From positions 1-62,468 of the IMG/VR virus record IMGVR_UViG_3300044691_000349: 62,468 nt of DNA, one strand, 5' to 3'. This document shows positions 37,940-46,615 of this stretch, in pieces. The notes under the pieces are model-generated. The model saw only the letters and a list, made by a program, of their open reading frames with translations, did not search any database and was not told where the DNA came from. How positions within the stretch are numbered: the first letter of the stretch is position 1; each line of letters starts with the position of its first letter. A program made the translations under genes and the position numbers. This DNA is from a virus. Taxonomy: Duplodnaviria; Caudoviricetes.

Positions 37940-39630
37940 TAGTTGATGCTCCGCAGTCCGGTGTAGGGCATGGTGTCCGACTCGGCGACCAGAGCGTGGC
38001 TGAGCAGCGTTACGGTCGCCGCCATGCCATCGATACGCTTCGATGACTTCAGCCGCTCGGGCTTGGACGGCTGGCAGTTGTCCTTGCCGTCATACCGCAG
38101 CTGCAGGCAGGCGGCGTTCCAGTTGTAGACCGGGTTGTTGCCGTGGCGAATCTCCTGGTCGAGACACTTCGCCAGAATGAATTTTGTGGGATAGCTCAAC
38201 TGCATGAAATTCTGTTGCACCTCGATCGCGCTGATTCCTTCATCCTGCAGTTCCATGGCCTCGGTCCTAAAATTGCAGCGATCGAAGGCCAGGTCCTGCA
38301 GCTCAAACATCTCTCGCCCCCAGCGGATCCGATCCTTGACCACTCGCAGATCGATCGCATTGCCGCTGGTCGCGGTCACGAATCCGCGCTTCACCCAATC
38401 GGCAAACGGCAGGCGGCAGATACGCTCGAGCTCCGGGACGCGCTCCTCCGGAACGAAGAAGAACGGGAGGAACGTCCAGATGCCATTGGCGCCGAAGGGT
38501 TCAAATCCAAACACCACCGACGTAAAGTCTGTTGTCCAGGAAGCGTCCACACCCACATGGCACTTCTTATCGATTAGCCCCCATTTGCGGATCAGCAGGT
38601 CCACGTCATAGGTCGGCCAGTCGCGCAGATCAACACCGCCGCCGCACGCCTGCCACTTCGACATGTCGATAATGGGCTCCTGCTGGCTCGTAATCGGGAC
38701 GTTGAGGTGGTAGCGCAGGTACTTCGATCGATTCGCCGGCTGCGCAATCGCCTTATCGAGCTCGACCACGATGGCCGCGTCTTTCAGGAATCCGCCCAGG
38801 TCCTCGTGAGATGGGTTGGCGAGTACTCGGGCTTCCCGCGACTTCCAGTATTCCGGGTCGCTCTTGATCTTCGTATTGTCAGCTTCAAAGATCGCCGAAT
38901 AGAACTGCGGGGATTGGACTGACCCCTCGAGGACCTTCTTCGCGAACTCATACTCCCCGAACCACAGGGGCGATTCGTACTCGGCGCCGGCAGTCGTGAT
39001 TGCTATGTCCAATGGTTCCTCACGGCTGATTTGCCCCTTGGTTGTAACGTCGTAGAGGGTTTCCGCTTTGGCATTCTTCCAGCGGTGCATCTCGTCGCGA
39101 ATATTCAAACTCGGCCGAATACCGTCCTGCACATCGCCGTCAGCAGAAAGCACCTGATAAGTTCCGCCGCCATCGCGCCGGATAATTCGCTTAGTGCTCG
39201 GCAGGACCTTCAGCCTGGTACGGAGGTCCGGGTTCGCATTCACCAGCATCGCCGCTGCCTTGAAGACGATTCCGGCTTGTTCCTTTGCCGCCGCCGAACC
39301 GTAAGCCTCGGGGTTTAGCTCATCCTCCATGAGGATGTGGTAGATCGGCAACCCGCCAGTAATGAACGACTTGCCGTTCTGCTTTGCCGTCGAAATATAG
39401 GCGCGCCGGAACTGGCGCTTGCCGTCTGCTTTCTGGACTGTCCCGAAGAGTGAGCGGAGCACCGTTCGGTGCCAGCCCATGAGCGACAGGTTGAGCGGGG
39501 GGTAAAGGATCCGCTCATAGAAAGCCTCGACCTTGCAGCCGCGGCATTGCGGTTTGCCGTTCGACCTTGTCTCGCACCACGTATCCGCATTGCAATAAGC
39601 GCAGGTGTCAGGGCGGTAGTTGCTACCCAC
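37939..39630 (-). CDS. terL: Terminase large subunit
   Basis: AKQNGKS Walker A, RDEMH, ITTAG, GVDAS..D, RIDG. Confidence 0.95.
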   Translation of the reverse strand: MGSNYRPDTCAYCNADTWCETRSNGKPQCRGCKVEAFYERILYPPLNLSLMGWHRTVLRSLFGTVQKADGKRQFRRAYISTAKQNGKSFITGGLPIYHILMEDELNPEAYGSAAAKEQAGIVFKAAAMLVNANPDLRTRLKVLPSTKRIIRRDGGGTYQVLSADGDVQDGIRPSLNIRDEMHRWKNAKAETLYDVTTKGQISREEPLDIAITTAGAEYESPLWFGEYEFAKKVLEGSVQSPQFYSAIFEADNTKIKSDPEYWKSREARVLANPSHEDLGGFLKDAAIVVELDKAIAQPANRSKYLRYHLNVPITSQQEPIIDMSKWQACGGGVDLRDWPTYDVDLLIRKWGLIDKKCHVGVDASWTTDFTSVVFGFEPFGANGIWTFLPFFFVPEERVPELERICRLPFADWVKRGFVTATSGNAIDLRVVKDRIRWGREMFELQDLAFDRCNFRTEAMELQDEGISAIEVQQNFMQLSYPTKFILAKCLDQEIRHGNNPVYNWNAACLQLRYDGKDNCQPSKPERLKSSKRIDGMAATVTLLSHALVAESDTMPYTGLRSIN

Positions 39631-39639
39631 ATCTCACGT

Positions 39640-40122
39640 TCAGTTCGGTAGGTTTCCACATAACGCCCGCTCTAAAGGGTCCATAGGCTTACCCGGCTGT
39701 TTCGGCACATTCGGCATAGATCCCTCTCCATCCACCCGGCCGCGGCTTGATGCCGTCAAGCCCAACTCTGAGTCGTACCGTTGGATTGAAATGCGATACG
39801 CCCTCGCAATACGAATTGAGGGGTTCGCAACCTTGCCGTTTCGGGTTCGGACAATCGTGCCGCGGTCCCGAACATCCTGCTCAGCCTCTAGCATCCGCTG
39901 AAAGCATAGGCACCGATCGGCTACTGCAACCGAATCTGTTTCGCGCAGCCAGAAAGCAGCCGCAACAATCCGCTCCCATTCCCTGCGAGCAATGCCATCC
40001 AAGGGGAACGGGGTCTCAAACGGTCCCGGTGGAAGTTCGGCGCCTGGGTTCAGCTTGCGCCTGCCCCGGTTCCCCTCCGCGAGCTTCAGTAAAAACGGTT
40101 TTGGCTTACGGCCGGCTCTCAT
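39640..40122 (-). CDS. terS: Terminase small subunit, P27 family
   Basis: GRKPKP..GN.GRR..NP..LGLTASSR. Confidence 0.9.
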   Translation of the reverse strand: MRAGRKPKPFLLKLAEGNRGRRKLNPGAELPPGPFETPFPLDGIARREWERIVAAAFWLRETDSVAVADRCLCFQRMLEAEQDVRDRGTIVRTRNGKVANPSIRIARAYRISIQRYDSELGLTASSRGRVDGEGSMPNVPKQPGKPMDPLERALCGNLPN

Positions 40123-40133
40123 TGGCGGAAAAT

Positions 40134-41006
40134 TTATCTAGTTTCGCGAAATTTAGCGGAACGCTTGGCATGCGGTACGCAGACCGAAGCGGCAGAGATC
40201 CGACCCGCCCCTCCCCTGGGGGTTATGCACAGGAGGGCAGTTTTCGCTCCAAAAGGGGTCCAAACCGATGAGAATGCGCATTTATTTTTGCTTCGATCCA
40301 TACGTTGCCCCGTTCTGCTCGCGCATCGTCTTCGCGTTGTGGCACTCGTTGCAGCGCGTGCGGTAGTTGTCGAGGTCGCGTCGGAGGTCAGGCCGTTGCT
40401 GTATGGGTTGGTCATGGTCACCGTGCAGATGCTTCTCGCCACGGCGCCATTGCTGTCGCAAGTAATCGAGGATGACGCTGGTCGGTGGCTCGCCGAGTTC
40501 ATATGCGCGGCAGTCACGCACAACGTCCGGCTCCCACCCACAGTCGACGCACTTCCATTGGTCGCGCTGGAAGCAGAGGACACGCAATCGTTGATGGTCG
40601 TCCGTATATCCACGCTTCCAGGGTGAGGCGCGCTGCTGGTCCTGCTGCTGACTGCGTTGGCGCTTGCATTGAGAGCAGCATCCACCCGTCTCGGCAAGCC
40701 TGCCACAGCCGGTCGCGCAGGTACGCTTTGGGAGTCGCACTGTCGTCCCCCTTCAAAGTTCCCAAGGCCAACCACCATATGCGGCGGCACGCGGAATAGA
40801 TGGCAGATCTGCAATGCCTCCAGCTCTCGCACTTGATTTAGAGTCAGCATGGTCTCAGGACCAGACTCTCCCACGAGATAGTCAGTGCCCGCGGGAACGA
40901 TTCCACCCATTGCAAACTCGGGCTCTGCTGCCAATGCCGCCATCGGTGCAAGCGCGACTGCCGCTCCTGCCATCGCGCCACGAGTTAGAAACTGTCTGCG
41001 GTTCAT
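40134..41006 (-). CDS. Twin-arginine signal protein; 3' part overlaps HNH gene
   Basis: MNRRQFL + hydrophobic core + ALA; only the first about 90 aa look protein-like. Confidence 0.5.
   Translation of the reverse strand: MNRRQFLTRGAMAGAAVALAPMAALAAEPEFAMGGIVPAGTDYLVGESGPETMLTLNQVRELEALQICHLFRVPPHMVVGLGNFEGGRQCDSQSVPARPAVAGLPRRVDAALNASANAVSSRTSSAPHPGSVDIRTTINDCVSSASSATNGSASTVGGSRTLCVTAAHMNSASHRPASSSITCDSNGAVARSICTVTMTNPYSNGLTSDATSTTTARAATSATTRRRCASRTGQRMDRSKNKCAFSSVWTPFGAKTALLCITPRGGAGRISAASVCVPHAKRSAKFRETR
40135..40230 (-). other. Probable cos region
   Basis: Lies between HNH and terS; GGGGAGGGGCGGGTC...CGCGAAA pattern typical of HK97-like cos neighbourhoods; cut site not determinable. Confidence 0.5.
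40282..40740 (-). CDS. Packaging-associated HNH endonuclease (HK97 gp74-like)
   Basis: KRGY..RDQWKCVDC..DHDQP..CNECHNAKT upstream of terS. Confidence 0.88.
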   Translation of the reverse strand: MRLPKRTCATGCGRLAETGGCCSQCKRQRSQQQDQQRASPWKRGYTDDHQRLRVLCFQRDQWKCVDCGWEPDVVRDCRAYELGEPPTSVILDYLRQQWRRGEKHLHGDHDQPIQQRPDLRRDLDNYRTRCNECHNAKTMREQNGATYGSKQK

Positions 41007-41008
41007 CG

Positions 41009-41383
41009 CTAGTACACCACTCCACCAGGCACCATCTGCATCACGTTCATGTCGCCGCTCATCAGGGGCTGCCACGTCTTGGGCCTCACCGGTGTCGCAA
41101 CGTTCTTTCCTTTTCCCACCCACCGGGCTTCGCCCTTGTCGACCAGACGCTCCACCGATGCTCGCGTGTAGTGCCGATGCGGGCGGCCCGCATTGTGGCA
41201 CGGAAAGTTCAGGCCACGACACTCCATCAGCTCAGCCTCAGCCTCGGTAAGCAGACACACCCGCTTGCATTTGTGCTCGAGGATGGCTCGCTGCCCAGCC
41301 TTGCGGATGAATTGGGGACGAGACTGCCGCCCATGCATATGTGTGAACTTGCGTCCGTTTGTCCAGGTCACTGTGATGTTCAT
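41009..41383 (-). CDS. Hypothetical protein, first late gene
   Basis: 124-aa ORF abutting the next start. Confidence 0.55.
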   Translation of the reverse strand: MNITVTWTNGRKFTHMHGRQSRPQFIRKAGQRAILEHKCKRVCLLTEAEAELMECRGLNFPCHNAGRPHRHYTRASVERLVDKGEARWVGKGKNVATPVRPKTWQPLMSGDMNVMQMVPGGVVY

Positions 41384-41597
41384 TGGCAGATAGGGATGTG
41401 CGCATATCTACCGGAGAACATCCCGGTGCGGAGAACTTATTCGATTGTGATTTTGAATTGTGCGACTAGGCAGCTAGGTGTGCCTATACCCTGTGCGTTT
41501 GGATGAGCTATGAGCGGCCCACTCGCAGGTTCCAGCCCCTCAGCCCACAGGCACATCGGGAGAACCTTTAGCCAGATGCATGTCGTGGAACGTCTCG

Positions 41598-41626
41598 AAC
41601 TTATCCTAAAGCTTCACATATTGCAA
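41598..41626 (-). promoter_or_regulatory. Candidate late promoter
   Basis: TTGCAA-17 bp-TAAGTT; two upstream GCAACAAA boxes. Confidence 0.55.
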
Positions 41627-41667
41627 TATTTTTGTTGCTGAATCAGGTACAAAGCCTCGTTTGTTGC

Positions 41668-42312
41668 CTAAGAATGAAGTATAGCGCGGGTCCACCGCTG
41701 CTCGATCTCCTGCGCATTCTTGGTCCGAAATGCATCACGATTGTCCGTGGATGCCGCTTTGCCATCGAGCGCCGGGTGCACGGCGATCGCTTCCAGGCCA
41801 GCTGCACGACTTCCGAATCCCATGTTCAAGATCGCGGCCTCGGTGCGGTCGCTGAACCCGGGATGGAAGGTATCCGCGGATCGTACAGGCTTCACCAACA
41901 CCAGGCCGTCGTCGTCCTTGTCGCGGATGATCTTGCCCGGGATCGGCTTGAGTTCGGGACCATGCCTTCGCATCGCCTCGATCACGACTCTGAGAGCGCC
42001 CATCGCGTCTGCCGTCGACGGATCGGTAACTTCAGTTCGGCCACTGAGCCGCCTTAGTTGACCCGGGGTAGGGAAGTACGCCGTGCTCTCGCACAGTGCC
42101 CGGCTGAACGCGCGGATGCACTCCTGCCGGTTGAGATCCTCCATCACCGCCGCGTATGCCGGAATCACCCCCGGTTTGCTCATGTCGCGCTCCAGAGTGT
42201 TCGCGAGGATCTCCAGCGCCATTCCGATGGCTTTCGTGTGGTGATGTTTCTCCCAAATAGTCGCGAAAAGCCGCTCCGTTGCCGTCTGTTTTGCCACGTT
42301 TTCCTGCTCCAT
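41668..42312 (-). CDS. Putative helicase loader / replication protein P-like
   Basis: RBS GGAGG; YFPTPGQLR motif; follows initiator. Confidence 0.6.
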   Translation of the reverse strand: MEQENVAKQTATERLFATIWEKHHHTKAIGMALEILANTLERDMSKPGVIPAYAAVMEDLNRQECIRAFSRALCESTAYFPTPGQLRRLSGRTEVTDPSTADAMGALRVVIEAMRRHGPELKPIPGKIIRDKDDDGLVLVKPVRSADTFHPGFSDRTEAAILNMGFGSRAAGLEAIAVHPALDGKAASTDNRDAFRTKNAQEIEQRWTRAILHS

Positions 42313-43429
42313 TGGAGCCTCCTGTCGCTGCCTGTGTGAACTTCTCGAGATCCCTGTATTCCACGCACTGGTAGAACCCAACCATGCGCTTTTGCGTCCA
42401 GTAGCGCTTCCAGTTCGGTTCCCGCATCGCCGCCTCGGTCACCGAACGCACTTGCCGGAGGAGATACAACCCCGCCTCTCGCTCTGTGATGCCTTGCTCC
42501 TTCGCCTCGAGGATTACCGCATTCACGATGGGGCCGAGCGCCATGGAACTCCCACGCAGGCTCAACGGCGTCCAAGAGTTCGCCACCCCGGCCGGTGATG
42601 CAATCGCGATCTCTTCGATGAGTTGCTCCTGACCCCACTCTTGGGTCGGTTCTCGGGATTGCTGCTTGGAAGGCATCACGACGTTCAGATTGCTCGCGCG
42701 CGGTGTGTGTGCTTTTGTCTCTGTCTCTGTCTCTGTCTCTGTCTCTGAGTATGATTGCGTTACGACGGAGTTACTACGATGCTCCGTAGTGACATTCGCG
42801 CTAACTACGAGAGAAGCTACGAATTGCTCCAAGTCCGCCTCGATTCGGAACCATTCACCCTCGATTCGGAGATGAGAGAACTGTGTATGTCTTTGTTTTT
42901 CAAGGGAGAAGTCTCCAATCTCTTTGGCGACCAGCGTGATCCCAGGTGTAGCTAGGTTCAACTCCGATATGCGAGACCATGGGTTCCTGCTGAAACCAAT
43001 CTTCATTCTGTCGTAGCTACGGGCGTAGTAGACGAACCCTCCTACGGTAGGTTTGTCACCGTCTTGAAATTTCTTGTCCCTGTACCTCTGCGCTCGCTCT
43101 CTCGCAAGCCTCCGAGACTCGCTTCCAGAGACGATGGACTTGTACTTCACCGCGTTCAGGACGATCCAACCACCTGGTACACGCTCTATGCGGCGTCCAT
43201 CATTCTCAGGGTCGGAGGAGTGGGGATCTGGCGATTCCAACACCTTGAGCGCGGCTCCAGCCTCCTCTGTGGTCACAATGGCGCGCCTGGCGAGGTTCAC
43301 AACCGAGGCGAACTGGCACATACCGTCTTCATCCATCACCGCCAGCAGGGTCAGCCAGACAATGCGGGTGGCATGCGGCTCCAGCCACACCGATGAGTCG
43401 AGAATCTTCGTAAATAATTTGTTGTACAT
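42032..43429 (-). CDS. Replication initiator with internal GIY-YIG (T5orf172-like) domain
   Basis: YNKLFTKILDSSVW N-terminus; GFVYY..KIGFS..R..EK..H..F..LR..GEWF; ETETET linker. Confidence 0.8.
   Translation of the reverse strand: MYNKLFTKILDSSVWLEPHATRIVWLTLLAVMDEDGMCQFASVVNLARRAIVTTEEAGAALKVLESPDPHSSDPENDGRRIERVPGGWIVLNAVKYKSIVSGSESRRLARERAQRYRDKKFQDGDKPTVGGFVYYARSYDRMKIGFSRNPWSRISELNLATPGITLVAKEIGDFSLEKQRHTQFSHLRIEGEWFRIEADLEQFVASLVVSANVTTEHRSNSVVTQSYSETETETETETKAHTPRASNLNVVMPSKQQSREPTQEWGQEQLIEEIAIASPAGVANSWTPLSLRGSSMALGPIVNAVILEAKEQGITEREAGLYLLRQVRSVTEAAMREPNWKRYWTQKRMVGFYQCVEYRDLEKFTQAATGGSNGAGKRGKTDGNGAAFRDYLGETSPHESHRNGAGDPREHSGARHEQTGGDSGIRGGDGGSQPAGVHPRVQPGTVREHGVLPYPGSTKAAQWPN
42716..42749. 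repeat. (TGTCTC)n hexamer repeat in initiator gene, possible origin-associated
   Basis: About 5 tandem copies encoding ETETETETET. Confidence 0.7.
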
Positions 43430-43433
43430 AGTC

Positions 43434-43830
43434 TTACTGAAACTCCGTCTTCTGTGTATCCTGGTCGCGCTCCTGCTGGGCCTTCAGGCGCTTGCCGATG
43501 GCTTCCACGGACCGCTTGGCCGCACCGAGACGCTTACGCGCTTCCAGGCGGTCTTCAATGGGCCCTCAGTCGCACCTTGCAGGCGTCGCACAGTTCGTCG
43601 TAGGCGAGTTCTGGCCGCTCTGTGTAATTGGGCGGAGGTCCCGTTTCGATATTCCAATGGCGCTGCAGGCATGATTCTTGCGCCCCGTGCATGTACCCAG
43701 AGGCTTCGTCTCTCTCGCCGGCACTCTCATCTGGACAGCGATTATCGCGGAGAATGCGGGTCTGTGCGCGCACCGCCGCAACCGCTCCGGCGTATTCGAT
43801 GCAGACTTCCTCTGGGGTTCTCTTAGCCAT
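43434..43830 (-). pseudogene. Hypothetical gene interrupted by a +1 frameshift at about 43560
   Basis: Frame stops at GCC CAT TGA; +1 frame continues IEDRLEARKRLGAAKRSVEAIGKRL.. to TAA just before the initiator start. Confidence 0.5.
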
Positions 43831-44161
43831 GCTGCGCCTCCGCCAGTGGGCCCGCGTCGAGACCTCTGGTCATACTACGGTAGCCACGGCCGGCGAGTCC
43901 GCCCTTGGTGGGATCGCTCTTGAAGACGTGATAGGCGGGCTTCAGGATCAGCCGCATAGCCTCGGGAGGCATGGCTAGTAGCTTCTCAGCTCCGCCATAG
44001 CCCTTGACGGTGCGGACGTTGATCCCGAACTTGCGGGCGAGCTGGAGGTCGGCACTGGGCGCTTTTCTTCCGGAGGAGCAGTTACGGCATCCCTTGGAGT
44101 GGGGCTGCATGGTGCCAGCGTTGCACTGGGGGCAGAGGACTTTCTGGCTGATACGTGGCAT
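43823..44161 (-). CDS. Zn-finger/HTH-like hypothetical protein
   Basis: CPQC, CRNC, LARKFGINVRTV. Confidence 0.55.
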   Translation of the reverse strand: MPRISQKVLCPQCNAGTMQPHSKGCRNCSSGRKAPSADLQLARKFGINVRTVKGYGGAEKLLAMPPEAMRLILKPAYHVFKSDPTKGGLAGRGYRSMTRGLDAGPLAEAQHG

Positions 44162-44586
44162 CAGGATTTCTCCCCGGGATACTTCCAGTGGATGATGTCG
44201 CCGTTGAATGGCTTATTTAGGTCCCAGAATCCAGACATCTCCCACAGGCTTTCAAAGCCGTCTCGTATCGCCAGGGCTTCCATCTCGTCATCGTCCAGCC
44301 TTGTTCCGTCTATTTCGATCAAGGGGTAGATTCCGCACAGTCTACGTCCATTCTGCGCAGTGATTACATCGTGAGAGCGTCTGCCTGAATCAGCGAGGAC
44401 GATGTCGAGGACCTTGGTGCAGGGAGCCCGGAGCAGCAGCCGGCATTGCTTCGTGCGTGGCGCATAGTAGAGATGAAGGGTATTGCCCGGCTTGTCGGGA
44501 TACTTCCGCTTGCCGCGGATGGTATGCGTCTTCTCACCGCTCTCGACCTTGGGGCAGAACCGCTTTTTGAATCCGTACATTCCCAT
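44161..44586 (-). CDS. ASCH-domain protein
   Basis: F..KVESGEKTHTIR..G..LHLY..AIRDGF. Confidence 0.75.
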   Translation of the reverse strand: MGMYGFKKRFCPKVESGEKTHTIRGKRKYPDKPGNTLHLYYAPRTKQCRLLLRAPCTKVLDIVLADSGRRSHDVITAQNGRRLCGIYPLIEIDGTRLDDDEMEALAIRDGFESLWEMSGFWDLNKPFNGDIIHWKYPGEKS

Positions 44587-44783
44587 TAGGCCGCCTCTTT
44601 CTGTGCTGCCATTTTCTTGGCCATCTTCAGCCGGCGCGAGTGGTAGGGTCGGGGGAGCACGTAAGGACGCTCATTGGTCCAGCGGATGGTATGGCACGCC
44701 ATCCCCACTGGCGCATGGCAGTCGCCGCAGTACGATGTCCGCGCCGTGATCTCCTCGGGCGTCAGTTCGATCGGTTTGCTCAC
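44586..44783 (-). CDS. Small zinc-finger protein
   Basis: CGDCHAPVGMAC..YHSRR; GTGA coupling. Confidence 0.6.
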   Translation of the reverse strand: MSKPIELTPEEITARTSYCGDCHAPVGMACHTIRWTNERPYVLPRPYHSRRLKMAKKMAAQKEAA

Positions 44784-46615
44784 GCGGGCACCTCCTGCGA
44801 TGGTGTATTCACGCTCAGGGCCACGGCTATGGGCTGTACCCAAATCGGCTGAGCAGAAAGTGCGAAGGATTCACCCGACCACGCCAGGAGCAAGGTCTGC
44901 CCCATCAGATCAGCGATAGCCTGCGCAGCGGCGGCCGGAACAGCATTGCCGATGCGCTCACGCTTGGCGCCATCGACATCTCCGTCCAAGTCGAAGATGT
45001 CGTCGGGATCAATCAGGGATTGCAATGCTGCGAGTTCTAGGGTGGTGAAGGGACGGTGCCAAGTTCCGTCGATCGAGCGGATGATTGCGACCAGCTTGTG
45101 ACTCGCCTCGGGCAGAACCTCTATTCGAGGATCAGCGACATTCCACCGGCCGTTGTCATGACAAGCGGCAGCAGAAACCGCACCTGAAGTAGAATCCCAT
45201 CCCATGACGCCATAGTGCCCATTGGTCAGATAGGCATCGCCCTTCTCGCGCTCATTCCTGATGCGCGGATCCGCGACCGAGAGAAGTCCCGACTGGACGT
45301 GCTGCCCGCCTGTCACGGTCTGCGATGTGTCGCGCCAACCGATAACCTTCAGCTTGTTCAGGTAGGAATTTGAGCCGTAGCTAGGCACGCGCGGATCGGC
45401 GATGCACAGAGCTCCGCTCCCGATACGATCCGCACCGGTCACCGTCTTCGAGAATCCATCCCAAGGCTGCACGGAGTACTTGCCGTCATGCTCACCCTGC
45501 GAGTTTGGCCATCGAGGATCGGCGACATTGAGGCCACCGGCTGATGGGCCGGTTCCTCCGGACACTGCCTGGCTAGTCTCATTCCAGCGTATGACGCGAT
45601 AGATGTTGTTGTAGCGATCGCCGTTCTTCCCCAAGAGCCGCGGATCAGCCACCGAGAAAGCTCCGCGCGTTGGCGCAGCCATGCCTGTTACCGTTCCGCT
45701 GGTTTCATCCCACCTGCGAACTCCCAGCGTATCGCCGTACCATCCTTCAGGGGCCAGCGCATACTCCGCCAGCTTTCCATCCACTACCTTCAGTTTCTTC
45801 AGCGATCTCCAGTCAGAACCAGCCTCCACGAAAGCAAGCCTGACCCAAGTCTTCCACTGCAGATTCGGGAGCGCATGCATCGGGCCGCCGCGCATGTCGC
45901 CCGGCATCGGAAACTTTTCGAGAATCTCGCCAACGGCCCGGAGCGAACGCTTCGGAGGCTCATACAAGAACGGCTGCACCTTCACGGCATGCCGCGCGAC
46001 CATAAGGAAACGCTTGCGCGATTGAGCCAGGCCACCGATCTCGCCGCAATCATGGAACGTCTCCGCTACCGCGTAACCGTAATGGCGAAGGAGTGCTCCA
46101 ATCTGGTCCAGCAGCGCCCGACCGCGCGTGGCGATGCGTGGCACATTCTCAAAGATGATGAGCTCCGGTGGGTCATCCGCCCACGCCTCCAGCATGAGCC
46201 ACATGCCGCGCAATGTAAGTCGGTTGAGAGCCTGATACTTGCCGGTCTTGCTCCGCGCCTCCGAAAGCAGCCCAGAGAAGCCCTTGCATGGTGCCGATAG
46301 AAACACAATGTGTGGCCGCTCGTTACCGGCCGCGGCGCGAATGTCCTCTGGCGTAGCCTCACGCCAATCGGGGCGAGGCTCGGAACCATGGAACGCGACA
46401 TATTGCTCGCGGTCGAACATATCGAGCACGGTGCCCTTTGTCCCGGAGAGTCGTTCGAAGTCGCGGATAGCTGGTTCCGATACGTCGATTCCTCCGATGC
46501 ATCGGAAGCGCGCGCGGAGATTGTTGACTTCAGCGCGACCGCGATTGAATCCAAGTGCGCCTCCTCCCAACCCAGCGAAAAAATGAAAGTGCCGTATTTC
46601 CCGCTCTTCAATCAC
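44780..46615 (-). CDS. C5-cytosine DNA methyltransferase with ADPR repeats
   Basis: FAGLGGG, APCKGFS, FENV, QSRKR, IGNAVP. Confidence 0.92.
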   Translation of the reverse strand: MIEEREIRHFHFFAGLGGGALGFNRGRAEVNNLRARFRCIGGIDVSEPAIRDFERLSGTKGTVLDMFDREQYVAFHGSEPRPDWREATPEDIRAAAGNERPHIVFLSAPCKGFSGLLSEARSKTGKYQALNRLTLRGMWLMLEAWADDPPELIIFENVPRIATRGRALLDQIGALLRHYGYAVAETFHDCGEIGGLAQSRKRFLMVARHAVKVQPFLYEPPKRSLRAVGEILEKFPMPGDMRGGPMHALPNLQWKTWVRLAFVEAGSDWRSLKKLKVVDGKLAEYALAPEGWYGDTLGVRRWDETSGTVTGMAAPTRGAFSVADPRLLGKNGDRYNNIYRVIRWNETSQAVSGGTGPSAGGLNVADPRWPNSQGEHDGKYSVQPWDGFSKTVTGADRIGSGALCIADPRVPSYGSNSYLNKLKVIGWRDTSQTVTGGQHVQSGLLSVADPRIRNEREKGDAYLTNGHYGVMGWDSTSGAVSAAACHDNGRWNVADPRIEVLPEASHKLVAIIRSIDGTWHRPFTTLELAALQSLIDPDDIFDLDGDVDGAKRERIGNAVPAAAAQAIADLMGQTLLLAWSGESFALSAQPIWVQPIAVALSVNTPSQEVPA

